A DNA stretch of 64,000 bases from Camelus dromedarius (taxonomy: Eukaryota). The notes below the pieces were generated by a model. It saw only the letters and a program-made list of their open reading frames with translations. It was not told where the DNA came from and ran no database searches. Shown in pieces: positions 24,801 to 36,020 of the stretch. Position 1 is the first letter of the stretch. Each line of letters opens with the position of its first letter. The position numbers and the translations under genes are program-made. The stretch lies in contig NC_087437.1 in NCBI RefSeq assembly GCF_036321535.1, forward strand, positions 18,416,001 to 18,480,000, given 5' to 3'.

Positions 24801-27173
24801 CAGAGAGGTAGAAGTGTGTTCTCTCATTGCATCCTGTCAGGTGACACACAGTGTTGATCTGCCCTATTACTGATGATGTTCACTTTGATAGCTTGATCCA
24901 CATGGTCTGTCAAGCTTCTGCAAGGTGAAATTACCTTCTTTCCCTTTGTAATTAGTAAGTTTTGTGGAGAGCTGCTTTGAAAATATATAAATTAAAAGAC
25001 CATGACAATGATCACTCATTCTTAATACAGGTATGCTAAGGTCTTTGTCCTTTTAAAGGGGCTGGAAACATGTAACATCAGCAAATCCTCTATGGAAAGA
25101 TCCATCTTTCTAAAGAAGCCATGCTTCCATGCTTTTTAGTTTCTATGAAAAAAAATAAGAAGAAACAGAGAAGTCTTCTCAATGCCTTACCTGAGACAAG
25201 AGAGTTGGACTTATATCATCCTGAGCCCACAACTAAAGTTCTGAGCAACATGACAGGGTTCAGAAGAGCCCTCACCTCCACCCACCCTCTCAGTCAGTGG
25301 CAACTCTCTGTGGTGCAACCCCCGTCATGGGCTGAGCCACACCAGTAGTGGGGCCAGGGCCATTTGGACAGTTGAAGAATCTCACTGTGAGGAGCAGCGC
25401 CGGAGCAGAGAGGTGTGGAAATATCTGGACTTCAATAAGCCCTAAGTGAGGTAGGGAATGAGTGGGGAGCGTGTGGTACCTTTTAATCATACTGTCTCCT
25501 GATGTCCTGTAATTTCTGGCTGAGTCACAGAAGAAACCCTGAATATTCTTAGCCAGAGAGAAGACAGGGCTCCTGAGCTGGCAAACCCTAGAGCACTCCT
25601 TCACGGAGTTGACCTGGTAGAGAGGTAATGCTTACATAGATGTCTCAGTGCACAGCCACTCTCCCTCCTCCCTCAGCAAATGGGAGCACTTACTGTGAGT
25701 ACCACATTGAACTCAGAGCTCTGGGGAATATGCATGAAAAAAAATGGTGAAAAACGTAGCTACTCTCAAAGGGGATATAAGGCATAGACACATGAAAAGA
25801 TAACCATATGGAGCAAAAATTTTAGCGCCACCACGGACAGCATTCAGACCAGCCTGGAAATGTCTAAAGGCGTGTCATCACAACAACCCTGCTGGCTACG
25901 TATTATCCCTTCTGTTCACACAGAGGACATGGAGGCTCAAGGAGGTTGAGGAAATCGTTCACCCAGCAGCAAGTGGTAGGACCAGGGTCCCACAATTGAT
26001 TTATGGACAGAATATAGACGTAGGAAAACTTCCATATCTCTAGCATACTAGAACATCAATGCTGGAAGGCTCTTAGCGAGAATTCGCCCAACATCCTCAT
26101 TCTGCAGATGGGCAAGCTACAGCCCAGAGAGGTTATGTAATTTATCCGAAGTCCCAGATTTGGCTAAGAGTCAGGAAAGAGCTGCATCAGGTCTTTGGGC
26201 TTCCAGTCCAAAGCCCGAAGCTTCCCTTCCCCACCAACCCCAGGCCCGGGCATGTGAAATTCACATGAAAAGTGCTGGTGCCACAGAGAACAAAAAAAGG
26301 AGAAATCAGATGCCTCAAGATGACTGCCACTTTACTCCCCAAGAGGTGCCTATAGCCTGAACACATATCCTGATGGGCTGAATTGACTATGAGACATTTT
26401 AAAGTTTGCTTTAAAGTTTGCTTAAAATGTACCCATATTACACATCATCCGGATGCTCTTATGATAAAGCCCTCCCTCCCAGTTCCAGGGCCCATGCCTG
26501 CATATTTTCACCATCACTTTCAAGTCAACCACTACTTATTGTCTAAGACCAGGAAAAAAAGAGCAGACGCTGGCTTATGGAGTCACCTGTCACAGGTGCA
26601 AATGAAGTAAGGTACTCTTTAATGAGAGTGTAGTGCATAAAATATCAAAACACATTTCCTGAATAAGTGAATGATTGAAGAGAGCCAGGGTGGGAGAACT
26701 GGGTCTCCAGAGAGTTGCTTGGTTACGGACACATGCCCAAACTCAAAAGAACCGATACCGTCTTCTTTCAGCCAGTTGTAATCATATTTCAACAAAAAAA
26801 GTCACATTGAATTATACTGATTCATATTTTCTTGGTTTTTTAGTTTTCTTTTAATTCCTGTTTGGGCTTTATGGTTGCATAAACTAGAAGCATGAACAGC
26901 TTATACCCAAGATTCTCTGTTTATGTTTAAGTGCACAAAAAATTTGTCATCACTGGAGGTCCGAGATAAGATTTTTTTTTCATTTAAGGTGGAACGGTGC
27001 AATGTTCAAGTTCGAGAACACTATCACCTACTGCTGGCAAACAAAAGATTGTTTTTATACCGCACTTTCTGCTCCACACCATCCTCCTTGACCTCCAACT
27101 CCAATCAAGTGCTGGAAGCAAGCTCCCCTTTGAGGCTTACCTGCAGGGCAATTTCCTTCTTCTTGCTGCCCAT
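8590..27173 (-). CDS. NME9: NME9 / TXNDC6 (thioredoxin domain + NDP-kinase-like domain, Txl-2), spliced CDS of 11 exons, 340 aa
   Basis: join(27141-27173, 22357-22414, 19756-19859, 18708-18779, 16931-17047, 15733-15808, 13427-13509, 13038-13130, 11995-12149, 10555-10691, 8590-8684) = 1023 nt. All introns are GT-AG with matching phases and there is no internal stop. Translation runs MGSKKKEIALQ...WCGPCK...AIIKPDA...NAVHGS...CFPEDVDEAAELSCQSP*. Confidence 0.96.
8885..9125 (-). mobile_element. MIR SINE
   Basis: Core motif atctccatttcacagatgaggaaactgagg...aactttcctaaggct...ggagccaggattcaaacccagg. Confidence 0.8.
10555..10691 (-). CDS. NME9: NME9 coding exon 10 (NDK active-site His region)
   Basis: ttcccag|T ... 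G|gtgagt; encodes (S)LRAQYGTEMPFNAVHGSQDSEDARWELALLFPSFKFSHEVLEAPL. Confidence 0.95.
11085..11275 (-). mobile_element. MIR SINE
   Basis: cccatatttcagatgaggaaattgaggcacggagggattaa...cccaaggtcacagttagtga. Confidence 0.75.
11550..11685. mobile_element. MER5-like hAT-Charlie DNA transposon remnant
   Basis: aatgtagattcttaggccccacccagag...tctgggaatctgcactt...gggaccacgct resembles MER5A. Confidence 0.55.
11995..12149 (-). CDS. NME9: NME9 coding exon 9
   Basis: tgtgctag|GAG ... AG|gtgatg; encodes EAFEKLLHYMCSGPSRLLILTRTEGTEDVVTAWRTLMGPCDPDVARREQPD. Confidence 0.95.
13038..13130 (-). CDS. NME9: NME9 coding exon 8
   Basis: ttctgcag|ATC ... GAG|gtcagc; encodes IQEAGFDILTNEERTMTEEEMRLFYQRRAGE. Confidence 0.95.
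13427..13509 (-). CDS. NME9: NME9 coding exon 7 (start of NDK domain)
   Basis: tgttccag|TT ... AAG|gtaaga; encodes (V)ASEKACTLAIIKPDAVVHGKTDEIIMK, containing the NDK IKPD motif. Confidence 0.95.
14095..14250. promoter_or_regulatory. Intronic CpG-rich promoter-like patch (GC box + NRF1-like site)
   Basis: Local CpG cluster with GGGGCGGGAG at 14125-14134, CGCGCATGCCCA at 14157-14168 and a + strand donor TTG|GTGAGC at 14211. Confidence 0.4.
15733..15808 (-). CDS. NME9: NME9 coding exon 6 (acidic linker)
   Basis: tgtattag|ATT ... G|gtgagt; encodes IKDEALSNEVECFSHEKDDGEDEDV. Confidence 0.93.
16931..17047 (-). CDS. NME9: NME9 coding exon 5
   Basis: tgttccag|GGA ... GTG|gtaagc; encodes GGDLVAVVRGADAPLLQKTILDQLEAEKRVLARGGERRV (117 nt, phase 0-0). 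Confidence 0.95.
18708..18779 (-). CDS. NME9: NME9 coding exon 4
   Basis: ttctttag|GCA ... GCA|gtaagt; encodes AEADCLDVLEKYRGRCEPTFLFYA (72 nt, phase 0-0). Confidence 0.95.
18847..18890. repeat. Compound microsatellite (CG)9(CA)13
   Basis: Read directly from the sequence: 44 bp of perfect purine/pyrimidine alternation. Confidence 0.95.
19756..19859 (-). CDS. NME9: NME9 coding exon 3 (thioredoxin active-site motif)
   Basis: ccacacag|TT ... TTA|gtaaga; encodes (V)VDVYQGWCGPCKPVASLFQKMRMEAGLDLLHFAL. Confidence 0.96.
21420..21917 (+). mobile_element. MaLR LTR (MLT1E/F-like)
   Basis: gggatgtcgcttttgagattaggttaca... cccagctaag... aaccactaaattttggggtaa...gcaacagataactgataca, a typical MLT1 3' end. 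Confidence 0.7.
22357..22414 (-). CDS. NME9: NME9 coding exon 2
   Basis: gatgttag|GTC ... G|gtaatt; encodes VNISTQELWDEMLSSKGLT. Confidence 0.95.
22779..22903 (-). mobile_element. tRNA-derived SINE (camelid Vic-1-like) with a 15-bp TSD
   Basis: The reverse strand reads GGGGAGGGTATAGCCCAGAGGTGGAGTG...GGGTTCAATCCCCAGTAGCTCCA + AATTACCTCCCCC + A-tail. Perfect TSD tcactcaacatttaa at 22764-22778 and 22904-22918. Confidence 0.88.
22965..24660 (-). mobile_element. Old LINE-1 (L1M-type) 3' UTR/ORF2 fragments
   Basis: ORF 24330-24554(-) translates as degenerate L1 ORF2 (IPIKI...CIWKCKGPRIAKTILKKKN...YYKVTVIK). Contains an (AT)-rich low-complexity patch at about 23810-23897. Confidence 0.85.
24667..24796. 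repeat. 19-bp-unit minisatellite (TGGTTGGATTGGTTGGAAC) x ~7
   Basis: Tandem units visible directly in the sequence. Confidence 0.9.
27141..27173 (-). CDS. NME9: NME9 first coding exon
   Basis: gccATGG in strong Kozak context; encodes MGSKKKEIALQ then donor CAG|gtaagc. A plausible acceptor (cttctttgcag, AG at 27179-27178) lies 4 nt upstream of the ATG, so an upstream non-coding exon is possible. Confidence 0.93.
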
Positions 27174-27199
27174 GGCTCTGCAAAGAAGACAGAAGCTCT

Positions 27200-27750
27200 G
27201 TTACTGCGGGCTCTGGCCGCAGCCTCCCAACAAAACGTTACGCTGATCAGCAAGCCAAGAAGAGCCTTTTTCGGACAAAGCTCCCGCGCCTTTAAGTGAA
27301 TTCTAAGTGACAGCAAATAAACGCAGTGATGCAAAATGAACACCCCATGGGGGAAGCGGAGCTTGCAGCCCGCGGGCTCAGGGTTTTTGGCGGATTTGCG
27401 GAGCCCCTTCCACTCCCCGGGGCCGGCCAAGGGGCGCGCGCACAGGCCCGAGTTGGGGCTCCAGCCGTGCAGCCCATCAAGCATGGGAGGGCCAGTCGAG
27501 GAATTCGGGCAGGAAAAGGCCACAGAACCCTGCTACCCCTACTGTTCCGATTTATTCCTGGGAAACGGAGCCTCTGCAGACAGGTACACGGTCCTCAACG
27601 TGCAGCAAGAGTTTCCAACCGAGTCAGCTGAGACCCAGCTACGGTCGTCATGGCAACACAGCGCTACCAGGTAATAAACAAAAGTGCACATAAGCACGCC
27701 CACTCTGGGCCCAGCGGAAACGCAGGAAGACGTCCCGCCCCTTGCTGTCA
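27200..27750 (-). promoter_or_regulatory. NME9 promoter/5' region: weak CpG island with an RFX X-box and a forkhead site
   Basis: CpG enrichment upstream of the ATG, GTCGTCATGGCAAC at 27644-27657 and ATAAACAAA at 27674-27682. Confidence 0.65.
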
Positions 27751-28064
27751 GAACTGGACTGCAGGAACGCTTTCATTGGCTGAAGTGTTTGTCCTTGTCT
27801 GGGACATTTGGACCCACCAAGCGAAGACCCGGTGCATCCATGTACTGTGCAGTTGCGTCCTCGAATCCCTGTGTCCCTTCTGCCCCACCAGGGCTGGCAT
27901 GCAGCTTTTCTATTGTTACTTAATACATGCCGGGCAGAGGGGGCTCCAGGTTTTGAGGGATCTGAAGAGATTCCCTTTAAGACGAAGAATACAAAATTGC
28001 AATTTCAAAATTAGGTATGAAAATCAAATGAAGCAAATAGAAAATAGTTACAAATATAGTGTGA

Positions 28065-30045
28065 ATGATCAACACCAATTAAAAGACAGAAATTGTCAGT
28101 GGTTAAAATAAAAAAGGCCCGACTGCATGTTGTCTACAAGAAACCCACTTTAAATATAAAGACACAGATTTAAAAGTTAAAAAAAGAAGTCACAGTTAAA
28201 AGTTAAGTAAAGGGTGGAGAAAGCTATGCCATGCTAACACTAATCCAAAGAAAGCTGGAGTAGCTGTATTAATTTCAGGCAAAGCAGATTTCAGAACAAG
28301 GAAATTATCAGGAATAAAGAGAAGGCATTACATAATGATAAAGGGGTCAATTCTCCAGGAAGACATAACAATATTTACCATGTATGCACCTAACAACAGA
28401 GCAGCAAAGTACCTGAGGGAAAAACCGATAGAACTGCAAAAAAAAAAAAAAAAAAAAAAAAAAAAGAAAAGAAAATAGATAAACATACTTTATAACTGAA
28501 GACTTCAACACTACATCTTTAGGAGTGAGTAGCACCAACAGGCAGATAATGAGCAAGGATAAAGTTGAACTGAGCAACAACATTAATTAACCTGCTCTGA
28601 CACTTATACAATACTTCATCTAACAATAGTGGAATACAGATTCTTCTCAAGTTCACATGGATCATTCATCAGTGTTCCACATTCCAGGTCATAAAACGTG
28701 CCCTAACAAATTTGAAAGAATAGAAATCACACAGAGTATGTTCTCAGACCACAATGGAATTAAACTAGAAATTAATAATAGCTGTTGGAGGAAATAGAAA
28801 ATAAATTAAATAAATGGAAAGATACTCCATGTTTGAGGTCAGGAAGGATCAATATTGTTAAGGTGTTAATTCTTCCCAGTGTGATCTATAGATTAAACAC
28901 AATTCCAATCAAAATCCCAGCAAGCTATTTTGTGGATATCAACAAACTGATTCCAGAGATTATATGAAAAGGCAAGAGACCCAGAATAGTCAACACAGTG
29001 CAGAAGAATGACAAAGTTGGAGAACTGACACTATTGACTTCAAGACTTACCGTAAAGCTACAATAAGCAAGACAGCATTTTAGTGAAAGAATAAACACAT
29101 GGATCAATGGAACAGAATAAAAAGTGTAAAAATAGACCTATACAATGTAGTCAACTGATCTTTGACAAACTGGCAAAGGAAAGTCAATGTAGAAAGAATC
29201 GTCTTTTCAAAAAATGGTGCTGGAATAATTGGACGTCCATTTGCAAAATATAAATAAATCTGGACACAGACCTTGCCCCTTTCACAAAAATTAACTCAAA
29301 ATGGATCATAGACATAAATGTAATCTGGAAAACTATAAAACTTCTAGAAGAAAACATAGGAGAAAACCTAGGTGATCCTGGGTTTGGCAATGACTTTTTA
29401 GACACAACAGCAAAAGAATGATCCCTGGAAGAAAAAATTTTGAAAGGCTGTTAAGAGAATGGAAAGACAAGGGAGAAAATATTTGCAAAGCACATATCTG
29501 ATAAAGGACTTTTATCCAAAATATACAAAGCTCAACAATAAGAAAACAACCCAATTTAAAAATGGGCAAAAGATCTGAACAGATCCCTCACCAAAGAAGA
29601 CATACAGATGGAAAGTACACAGATGAAAAAATATGCTCAACCTCATTTGTCAGTGGGGAATTATAAATTAAAACAATATTGAGATTATTCTACACACCTT
29701 TTAGAATGGCTAAAAATTTTTTTAAAACCTGACAGTGTTAAATGCCAGTGAAAATACAGAACAACAGGGACTCTCATTCATTGCTGAGGGGCTTGCAAAA
29801 TGGTATAGCCACTTCAGAAGACAGTTTGGCAGTTTCTTACAAAGCCTAACATAGTCTTAGCATATGATACAGCAATTGTGCTCCTATATATTTACCTAAC
29901 TGATTTGAAAATTTATGTATATACAAAAATCTGCATGTAAGTGTTTATAGCAGCTTTATTCATAATCACCAAAAATTGGAAGCAACCAGAATGTCCTTCC
30001 ATAGGGGAATGAACAATCAAACTGTGTTACATCCATACAATGGTA
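28065..30045 (+). mobile_element. Old LINE-1 (L1M-type) ORF2 fragments with internal deletions
   Basis: Endonuclease-region-like sequence at 28070-28780, then degenerate ORF2 (NKWKDTPC...GRINIVKVLILPSVIYRLNTIPIKIP) continuing toward the C-terminus. Confidence 0.88.
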
Positions 30046-30085
30046 CCTGTAAGACACAGCATTGCAAACTGGGTCTACTAGATGC

Positions 30086-30116
<31 letters not shown>

Positions 30117-31069
30117 GCCTTAGGGAGGTGGTTACTCAAGCTCTTGAATCATTTGAAATCTCCCTAATCTTCCTTAGAATTTAGTCCCTCCAAATCGAAT
30201 CCAAATCAGATACTAAACTCCTGCCAGCACACTGAAACAGAAAAGACTTTTTATTCACTCTGAAAGGGTCAGAGTTCTGACCATGTGGTCTCTCCTATAA
30301 AATGCAGTCACAACTTTGCCAGGCTAAACCACAGAAACAAATTTAGGGGACACATGACTTTCTTGACACCTTAACCTTACACCTATTGTACCCTGTAATT
30401 ATTAATAGAAACTCTTTACTTTCAAAAGTGTGTGATTTGGACAATATGGAACCTTCTCAATTTTCCCTCAAATGAATTGCCCCAACTTTTTATATCTTGA
30501 TTTAACGAAATTTCCATCTTTCACTTATTTTATGACATGGGTCAGTGATTTAATTGCTTTGTTCAAAAGCCAGGTATCTTCTTCAAAGATACCTGTTTTC
30601 ATTAAGCCTGCCCTAAGGGAGGTACTTTTTTGGTTTGTTTGTTTTGCTTTGTTTAACACAAAAAGTTCTAACTTTAAGGGTTACTGCTGTGTGTTAGAGT
30701 CTGAAGGACTGGAAGTAAAAAAACAAAACAAAACACCTTTTCTCCTGCAAGTCATGTTCATTGCCACAAGGTGGTGGTTTACTTGAGAGAAACCCTTTTG
30801 GGATCCAAACTGAACATCAGGAACATTTTCTCTATTAAAACACTTCAGACTTTGTAAAACAAGAATGAACCAACTCGCTTTAAGAGCAAATCAGAAACCA
30901 AAGCAGATTGTTTCCCCAGACAACTTCTAGTCTTTCATGTTAGATGAGTGTGTTACATATATCTTTGTCTAGGCTGACAAGTCTCTCTGCTTCCAGGTAT
31001 TACATTGTATTTTTCCAGAAGTAACAGCACGTCCCCACTGTACCTTGCCCTGAGGAAAGCAGCTGGGAG

Positions 31070-31250
31070 CAGCAGAACTGGGAGCTTTCGAGTCTGACAG
31101 GCTTGGGCTGGGTCCTGGACCAACCACCTACTACCTGTGTGAGCCTTCAACTTCCTCATCCTTGATTTCCTCGTCTTTAAAATGAGAAGTATAATATCTT
31201 CCGTTCAGGGATGCTGGGAAGAGAGATCATGTCTTTTAAAGTTTCTTGAC
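31070..31250 (+). mobile_element. MIR SINE
   Basis: ctacctgtgtgagcctt...tttcctcgtctttaaaatgagaagtataata. Confidence 0.6.
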
Positions 31251-31514
31251 AGCAAAGCTGTTATTGGTGGTGGTGTTAAAGTATCATGTTCTTAGTGTAG
31301 GATGGTTGCCGGGAGGCGGCTTCCCAGTCAAGGATCATGATGTCCACTCCACCCCTGGCCGCCAGAGGGAGCCATTTGATTAGTTTTCCTCAGTCAGAGT
31401 GTCCATGGTGTTACTTTGGAGCCTAAGTGGTGAAGTGTCAGATGTGGAATCCTCCACTCTCTGCCCTCTCGTGGCCAGCTTGATGTTACACGGTGGATTT
31501 CATGACCAGAGATT

Positions 31515-32575
31515 TTAAAATTTTTGATGAGACTTAATTTATCTCAAGTTTTTAAATTCTCTTTATGGGTTTTTTTTCCCTGAGAGATCTTTTCCTAAGG
31601 AGTTTTTACCTACCTCCAGGTCATGGAAACATTCCCTTTATTTTCTTGCAGGAATTATTAAAAATTATAATATTAGAAATTATTTTAAACTTACAATAAA
31701 AGAACTTACTTAAAATTTACATTTAAGCCTATGATCCATCTCAAATTCACTTTTTCAGTGACATTTTAATTGAGATAACTGGAAATATATACAGCTGTAA
31801 GAATAACACAGAGAAATCCTTTGTACACTTGGCCCAGTTTCCCTCAATGGCAACATTTTGCAAAACCATAGTCTAATATCACAGCCAGAATAGTGACATT
31901 GATACAATCCACCTGTCTTAGTCAGGTTTCTCTGGTTTTAGTTGTACTCACCTGTGTGTGTGTGTGTGTGTGTTTTAGGTTCTACAAAATTTCACCCTAT
32001 CTTGGTTCCTGTATCCACCACCACAGTCAAGACTCTGAACACAGGATCCTTCGTGTTGTCCTTTATAGTCAAACCCACGTCCCTTCTGTGAATCTCTCTC
32101 CCCAGTCCCCAACCTCTGGCAACCACTATTCCACCCTCCTAAAATTTTGTCATTTGAAAAAATGATCTATAAATCGTATCACACAGTATGTAACCTTTGG
32201 GGATTAGCTTTTTGTTACTCAGCATAATTCCCTGGAGATCCATCTAAGTTGTTACATGTATCAGTATTTTGTTCTTTTTAATTGCTGCATATTCCATGGT
32301 ACGATTGTACCAATGTTTCAAATCAGTTTTTGTGTGGGATGTGAGGTAGAAGCCAAGGTGCTTTTTTTTTTCTCTTTCTCCATATGGACTTCTGGTGGTA
32401 CGAGCACCAATTGTTGAAAAGATTTTCCTTTACTCCATTGGCTTGCTTTGGCACCTTTGTCAAATATCAGCTGGTCATATGTGTGAGTTTGTCAGCACTC
32501 TCTAGTCTGTTCCACTGGTCTATTTGTCTATCCTTATGCAAGCACTTCTCTGACTTGATTATTATTGTTGTATAG
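31515..32575 (-). mobile_element. LINE-1 fragments (an old ORF2 piece interrupted by an L1 3' UTR at about 31760-32320)
   Basis: Typical reverse-strand L1 phrases: atttaagcctatgatccatctcaaattc, caattgttgaaaagattttcc, ttagctttttgttactcagcataattccctggagatccatc. Confidence 0.7.
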
Positions 32576-32621
32576 TGTTATGGGCTGAATGCTTGTGTCC
32601 CCTCAGAATTCATATGTTGAA

Positions 32622-32764
32622 GGGGGGAGGGTATAGCTCAGTGGTAGAGCACGTGCTTTGCATGCACAAAGTCCTGAGTTCAATCCCCAGTACTTCCATT
32701 TTAAAAATAATTAATTAAATAAAGAAATCTAATTACCTCCCCCCCCCAAAAAAACAAACCAAAA
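32622..32764 (+). mobile_element. tRNA-derived SINE (Vic-1-like) inserted in the MLT1A LTR
   Basis: GGGGAGGGTATAGCTCAGTGGTAGAGC (A box) ... GAGTTCAATCCCCAG (B box), then an AT-rich tail. TSD aattcatatgttgaa (32607-32621) versus aattcgtatgttgaa (32765-32779). Confidence 0.9.
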
Positions 32765-32919
32765 AATTCGTATGTTGAAACCCTAATCCTAATGGGATGG
32801 TATTTGAAGGTGAGGCCTTTAGGAGATTGTTAGATCATGAGGGTGAATCCTCCATAAATGGGATTAGTGCCTTTATAAGAAGAGGCCAGAAAGCTGGCTA
32901 GCTCTCTTTCTGTCATGTG

Positions 32920-34510
32920 CAATCCTAAAATTTGTATGGAGCTACAAGACCATGAATAGCCAAAGTCATCTTGAGGAAGAAGAACAGAGTTGGAGGCATC
33001 AAGCTCCCTGATTTCAAACTATATTACAAAACAATAGTAATTAAAACAGCATGGTATTGGGCTAAAAACAGACATATAGATCAGTGGAATAGAATGAAGA
33101 GTGCAGAAATGAACCCATGCTTATGGTCAGTTAATTTACAACAAAGGAGCCAAGAAAATACAACAGGGAAAGGATAGTTTCTTCAATAAAAGATGTTGGG
33201 ATAACTGGACAACCACAAGCAAAAGTTTAAAACTGGACCAGCATCTTACACCATACACAAAAATTAACTCAAAATAGATTAAAGATTTTAATGTAAGACC
33301 TGAAATCATAAAACTCCTAGAAGAACACATAAGTGGTGAGCTCCTTGACATAAGTCTTGGTAATGAGTTTTTAATCTAACACCAAAACAAAGACAACAAA
33401 AGTAAAAATAAATAAGTGAGACTAGGTCATACTAAAAAGCTCCTGCACAGCAAAAGAAACCATCAACAAAATGAAAAGGAAACCTACTGTATGGGAGAAA
33501 ATTCTTGCAAGTCACATGTCTCAGATAAGGGGCAAATATCTAAACTATACAAAGAATTCATACAACACAATAGCAAAAAAAACCTGATTTTTACATGAGC
33601 AGAAGATATGAATAGGCATTTTTTTTTTCAAAGAAGACATATAGGCAGCCAACAAGTACAGGAAAAGATGCTCAACATCATTAATTATCAGGGAATTACA
33701 AATCAAAACCACAATGAGTTATCACCTCATACCTATTAGAATGACTGTTATCAAAAAGACAAATGTTGGTGAGGATGTGAAGAAATGGGAACCCTCAGCA
33801 CTGTTGGTGGGAATGTAAATTGGGGCAGCTGCTATGGAAAACAGTATGGAGGTTCCTCAAAAAAAAAACTACCATATAAGCCAGCAGTTCTGCAGCTGGG
33901 TATTTATCCAAAGAAAACAAAAACACTTGAAAAGATACATGCACCCTCATGTTTATTGCAGTATTATTTACAATAGCCAACATGTGGAAACAACGTAAGT
34001 CCAATGGATGATTGGATAAAGAAAATGTGGTATGTATATATATATATAATGGAATATTATTCAGCCATAAAAAAGAATGAAATAATGCTATTTGCAGCAA
34101 CATGGTTGGACCTAGAGATTATCATACTAAGTGAACTAAGTCTGATAGAGAAAGACAAATATCATATGATATCACTTATATGAGGAATATAAAAAATTAT
34201 TCAAATGAACTTATTTACAGAACAGAAATAAATTCACAGACATAAAAAACAAACTTATGGATACCAAAGGGGAAACAGGGGGAGGGATAAATTTGCATTT
34301 TGGGATTAGGAGTTACACACTACTATATATAAAATAGATAAACAACAAGGACCTACTGTATAGCACAGGGAACTATATTCAATATCTTGTAATAACCTAT
34401 AATGGGAAAAAAATCTGAAAAAGAATATATATATGTATAAGTGAATCATTTTGCTATATACCTGAAACATTGTAAATCAACTATACTTCAATAAAAAATA
34501 AAAATAAAAA
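32920..34510 (+). mobile_element. 5'-truncated LINE-1 (ORF2 C-terminus + artiodactyl-type 3' UTR and A-tail)
   Basis: ORF 32971-33177 is ORF2-like ([32 protein letters not shown]). The 3' UTR ends aataaaaaataaaaataaaaa. Confidence 0.9.
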
Positions 34511-34511
34511 A

Positions 34512-35690
34512 TGTAGGCAAAACATTATCTCACATACATCTCAAAAATGTTCTCCTAGGGCAGTCTACCCAAGCAATAGAAATAAAAGCAAGAATAAACA
34601 AATGGGACCTAATTAAACTAACAAGCTTCTGCACAGCAAAGGAAACCATAAGCAAAGCAAAATGACAACCTACGGAATGGGAGAAAATTTTTGCAAATGA
34701 TAAAACTGACAAAGGCTTGACCTCCAGAATATATAATCAGCTCGTATGACTTAATAAGAAAAAAACAAACAACCCAATCCAAAAATGGGCAGAAGACCTA
34801 AATAAGCAATTCTCCAAGGAAGACATACAAATGATCAATAGGCACATGAAAAAATGCTCAATATCACTAATTATCAGAGAAATGCAAATCAAAACTACAA
34901 TGAGGTATCACCTCACACCAGTCAGAATGGCCATCATTCAAAAACCCACAAATGACAAATGCTGGAGAGGCTGTGGCGAAAAGGAAACCCTCCTACGCTG
35001 CTGGTGGGAATGCAGTTTGATGCAGCCACTGTGGAAAACAGTATGGAGATTCCTCAAAAGACTAGGAATAGACTTACCATATGACCCAGTAATCCTGCTC
35101 CTGGGCATATATCCAGAAGGAACCCTACTTCAAAAAGACACCTGCACCCCAATGTTCATAGCAGCACTATGGAAAGACATGGAAACAGCCTAAATGTCCA
35201 TCCACAGATGACTGGATAAAGAAGATGTGGTATATTTATACAATGGAATACTATTCAACCATAAAAAAGACAACATAACGCCATTTGCAGCAACATGGAT
35301 GTCCCTGGAGAATGTCATTGTAAGTGAAGTAAGCCAGAAAGAGAAAGAAAAATACCATATGAGATCGTTCATATGTGGAATCTAAAAACAAGAAAATAAA
35401 TAGAAAGCAGAAACAGACTCATAGATATAGAATACAGACTTGTGGTTGCCAGGGGGAAGAGGGGTGGGAAGGGACAGACTGGGAGTTTGAAACTTGTAGA
35501 TACTGACAGGCATATGTAGAATAGATAAACAAGATTAGCACAGGGAAATATATACAAGATCTTGTGGTAGCTCACAGTGAAAAAGAATGTGACAATGAAT
35601 ATATGTATGTTCATGTATAACTGAAAAATTGTGCTCTACTCTGGAAATTGACAACATTGTAAACTGACTATAACTCAGTAAAAAAAAAGA
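34512..35690 (+). mobile_element. Younger 5'-truncated LINE-1 (probably camelid lineage)
   Basis: Well-preserved ORF2 C-terminus ([32 protein letters not shown]...[11 protein letters not shown]...CWWEC...[11 protein letters not shown]), a distinct 3' UTR and an A-tail at about 35680-35688. Confidence 0.9.
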
Positions 35691-36020
35691 AAGTGTGATA
35701 TATATATATAATCACACATGCGCGCGCGCACACACACACACACACACAATGGACTATTATTCAGCCATTAAAAAGCGAAATTTTGCCATTTGTGACAGCA
35801 TGGATCGACCTCAAGCACATTATGCTGAGTGAAGTAAGTCAGACAGAGAAAGACAAATACTGTATGATCGCTCTTACATGTGGAATCTAAACAAATAAAC
35901 AGCAACAACAACAAAAAAAACCCCAAGCTCATAGACACAGAGAACAGATTGGTGGTTGTCAGAGGTCGGGGGTGAGGGGGTGGGAGAAATGGGTGAAGGG
36001 GATCAAAATGTAAAAAAAAA
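35690..36020 (+). mobile_element. Third LINE-1 3' end (older subfamily), with a TA/CG/CA microsatellite
   Basis: aatggactattattcagccattaaaaag...gcatggatcgacc...gtgaagtaagtcagacagagaaagacaaatac. Confidence 0.8.

Noticed and set aside
25555..25620. cag|GTCAAC on the - strand, resembling the start of NME9 exon 2
   Set aside because: The translation diverges after VN. The true exon 2 is at 22357-22414.
32622..32700. tRNA-like sequence (also at 22830, 41810 and 55530)
   Set aside because: These have A-rich tails and, in three cases, TSDs, and are diverged from each other, so they are SINEs rather than tRNA genes.
34831..35193. 120-aa ORF with a Cys-rich motif
   Set aside because: It is the C-terminal fragment of L1 ORF2 in a 5'-truncated element and cannot be autonomous.
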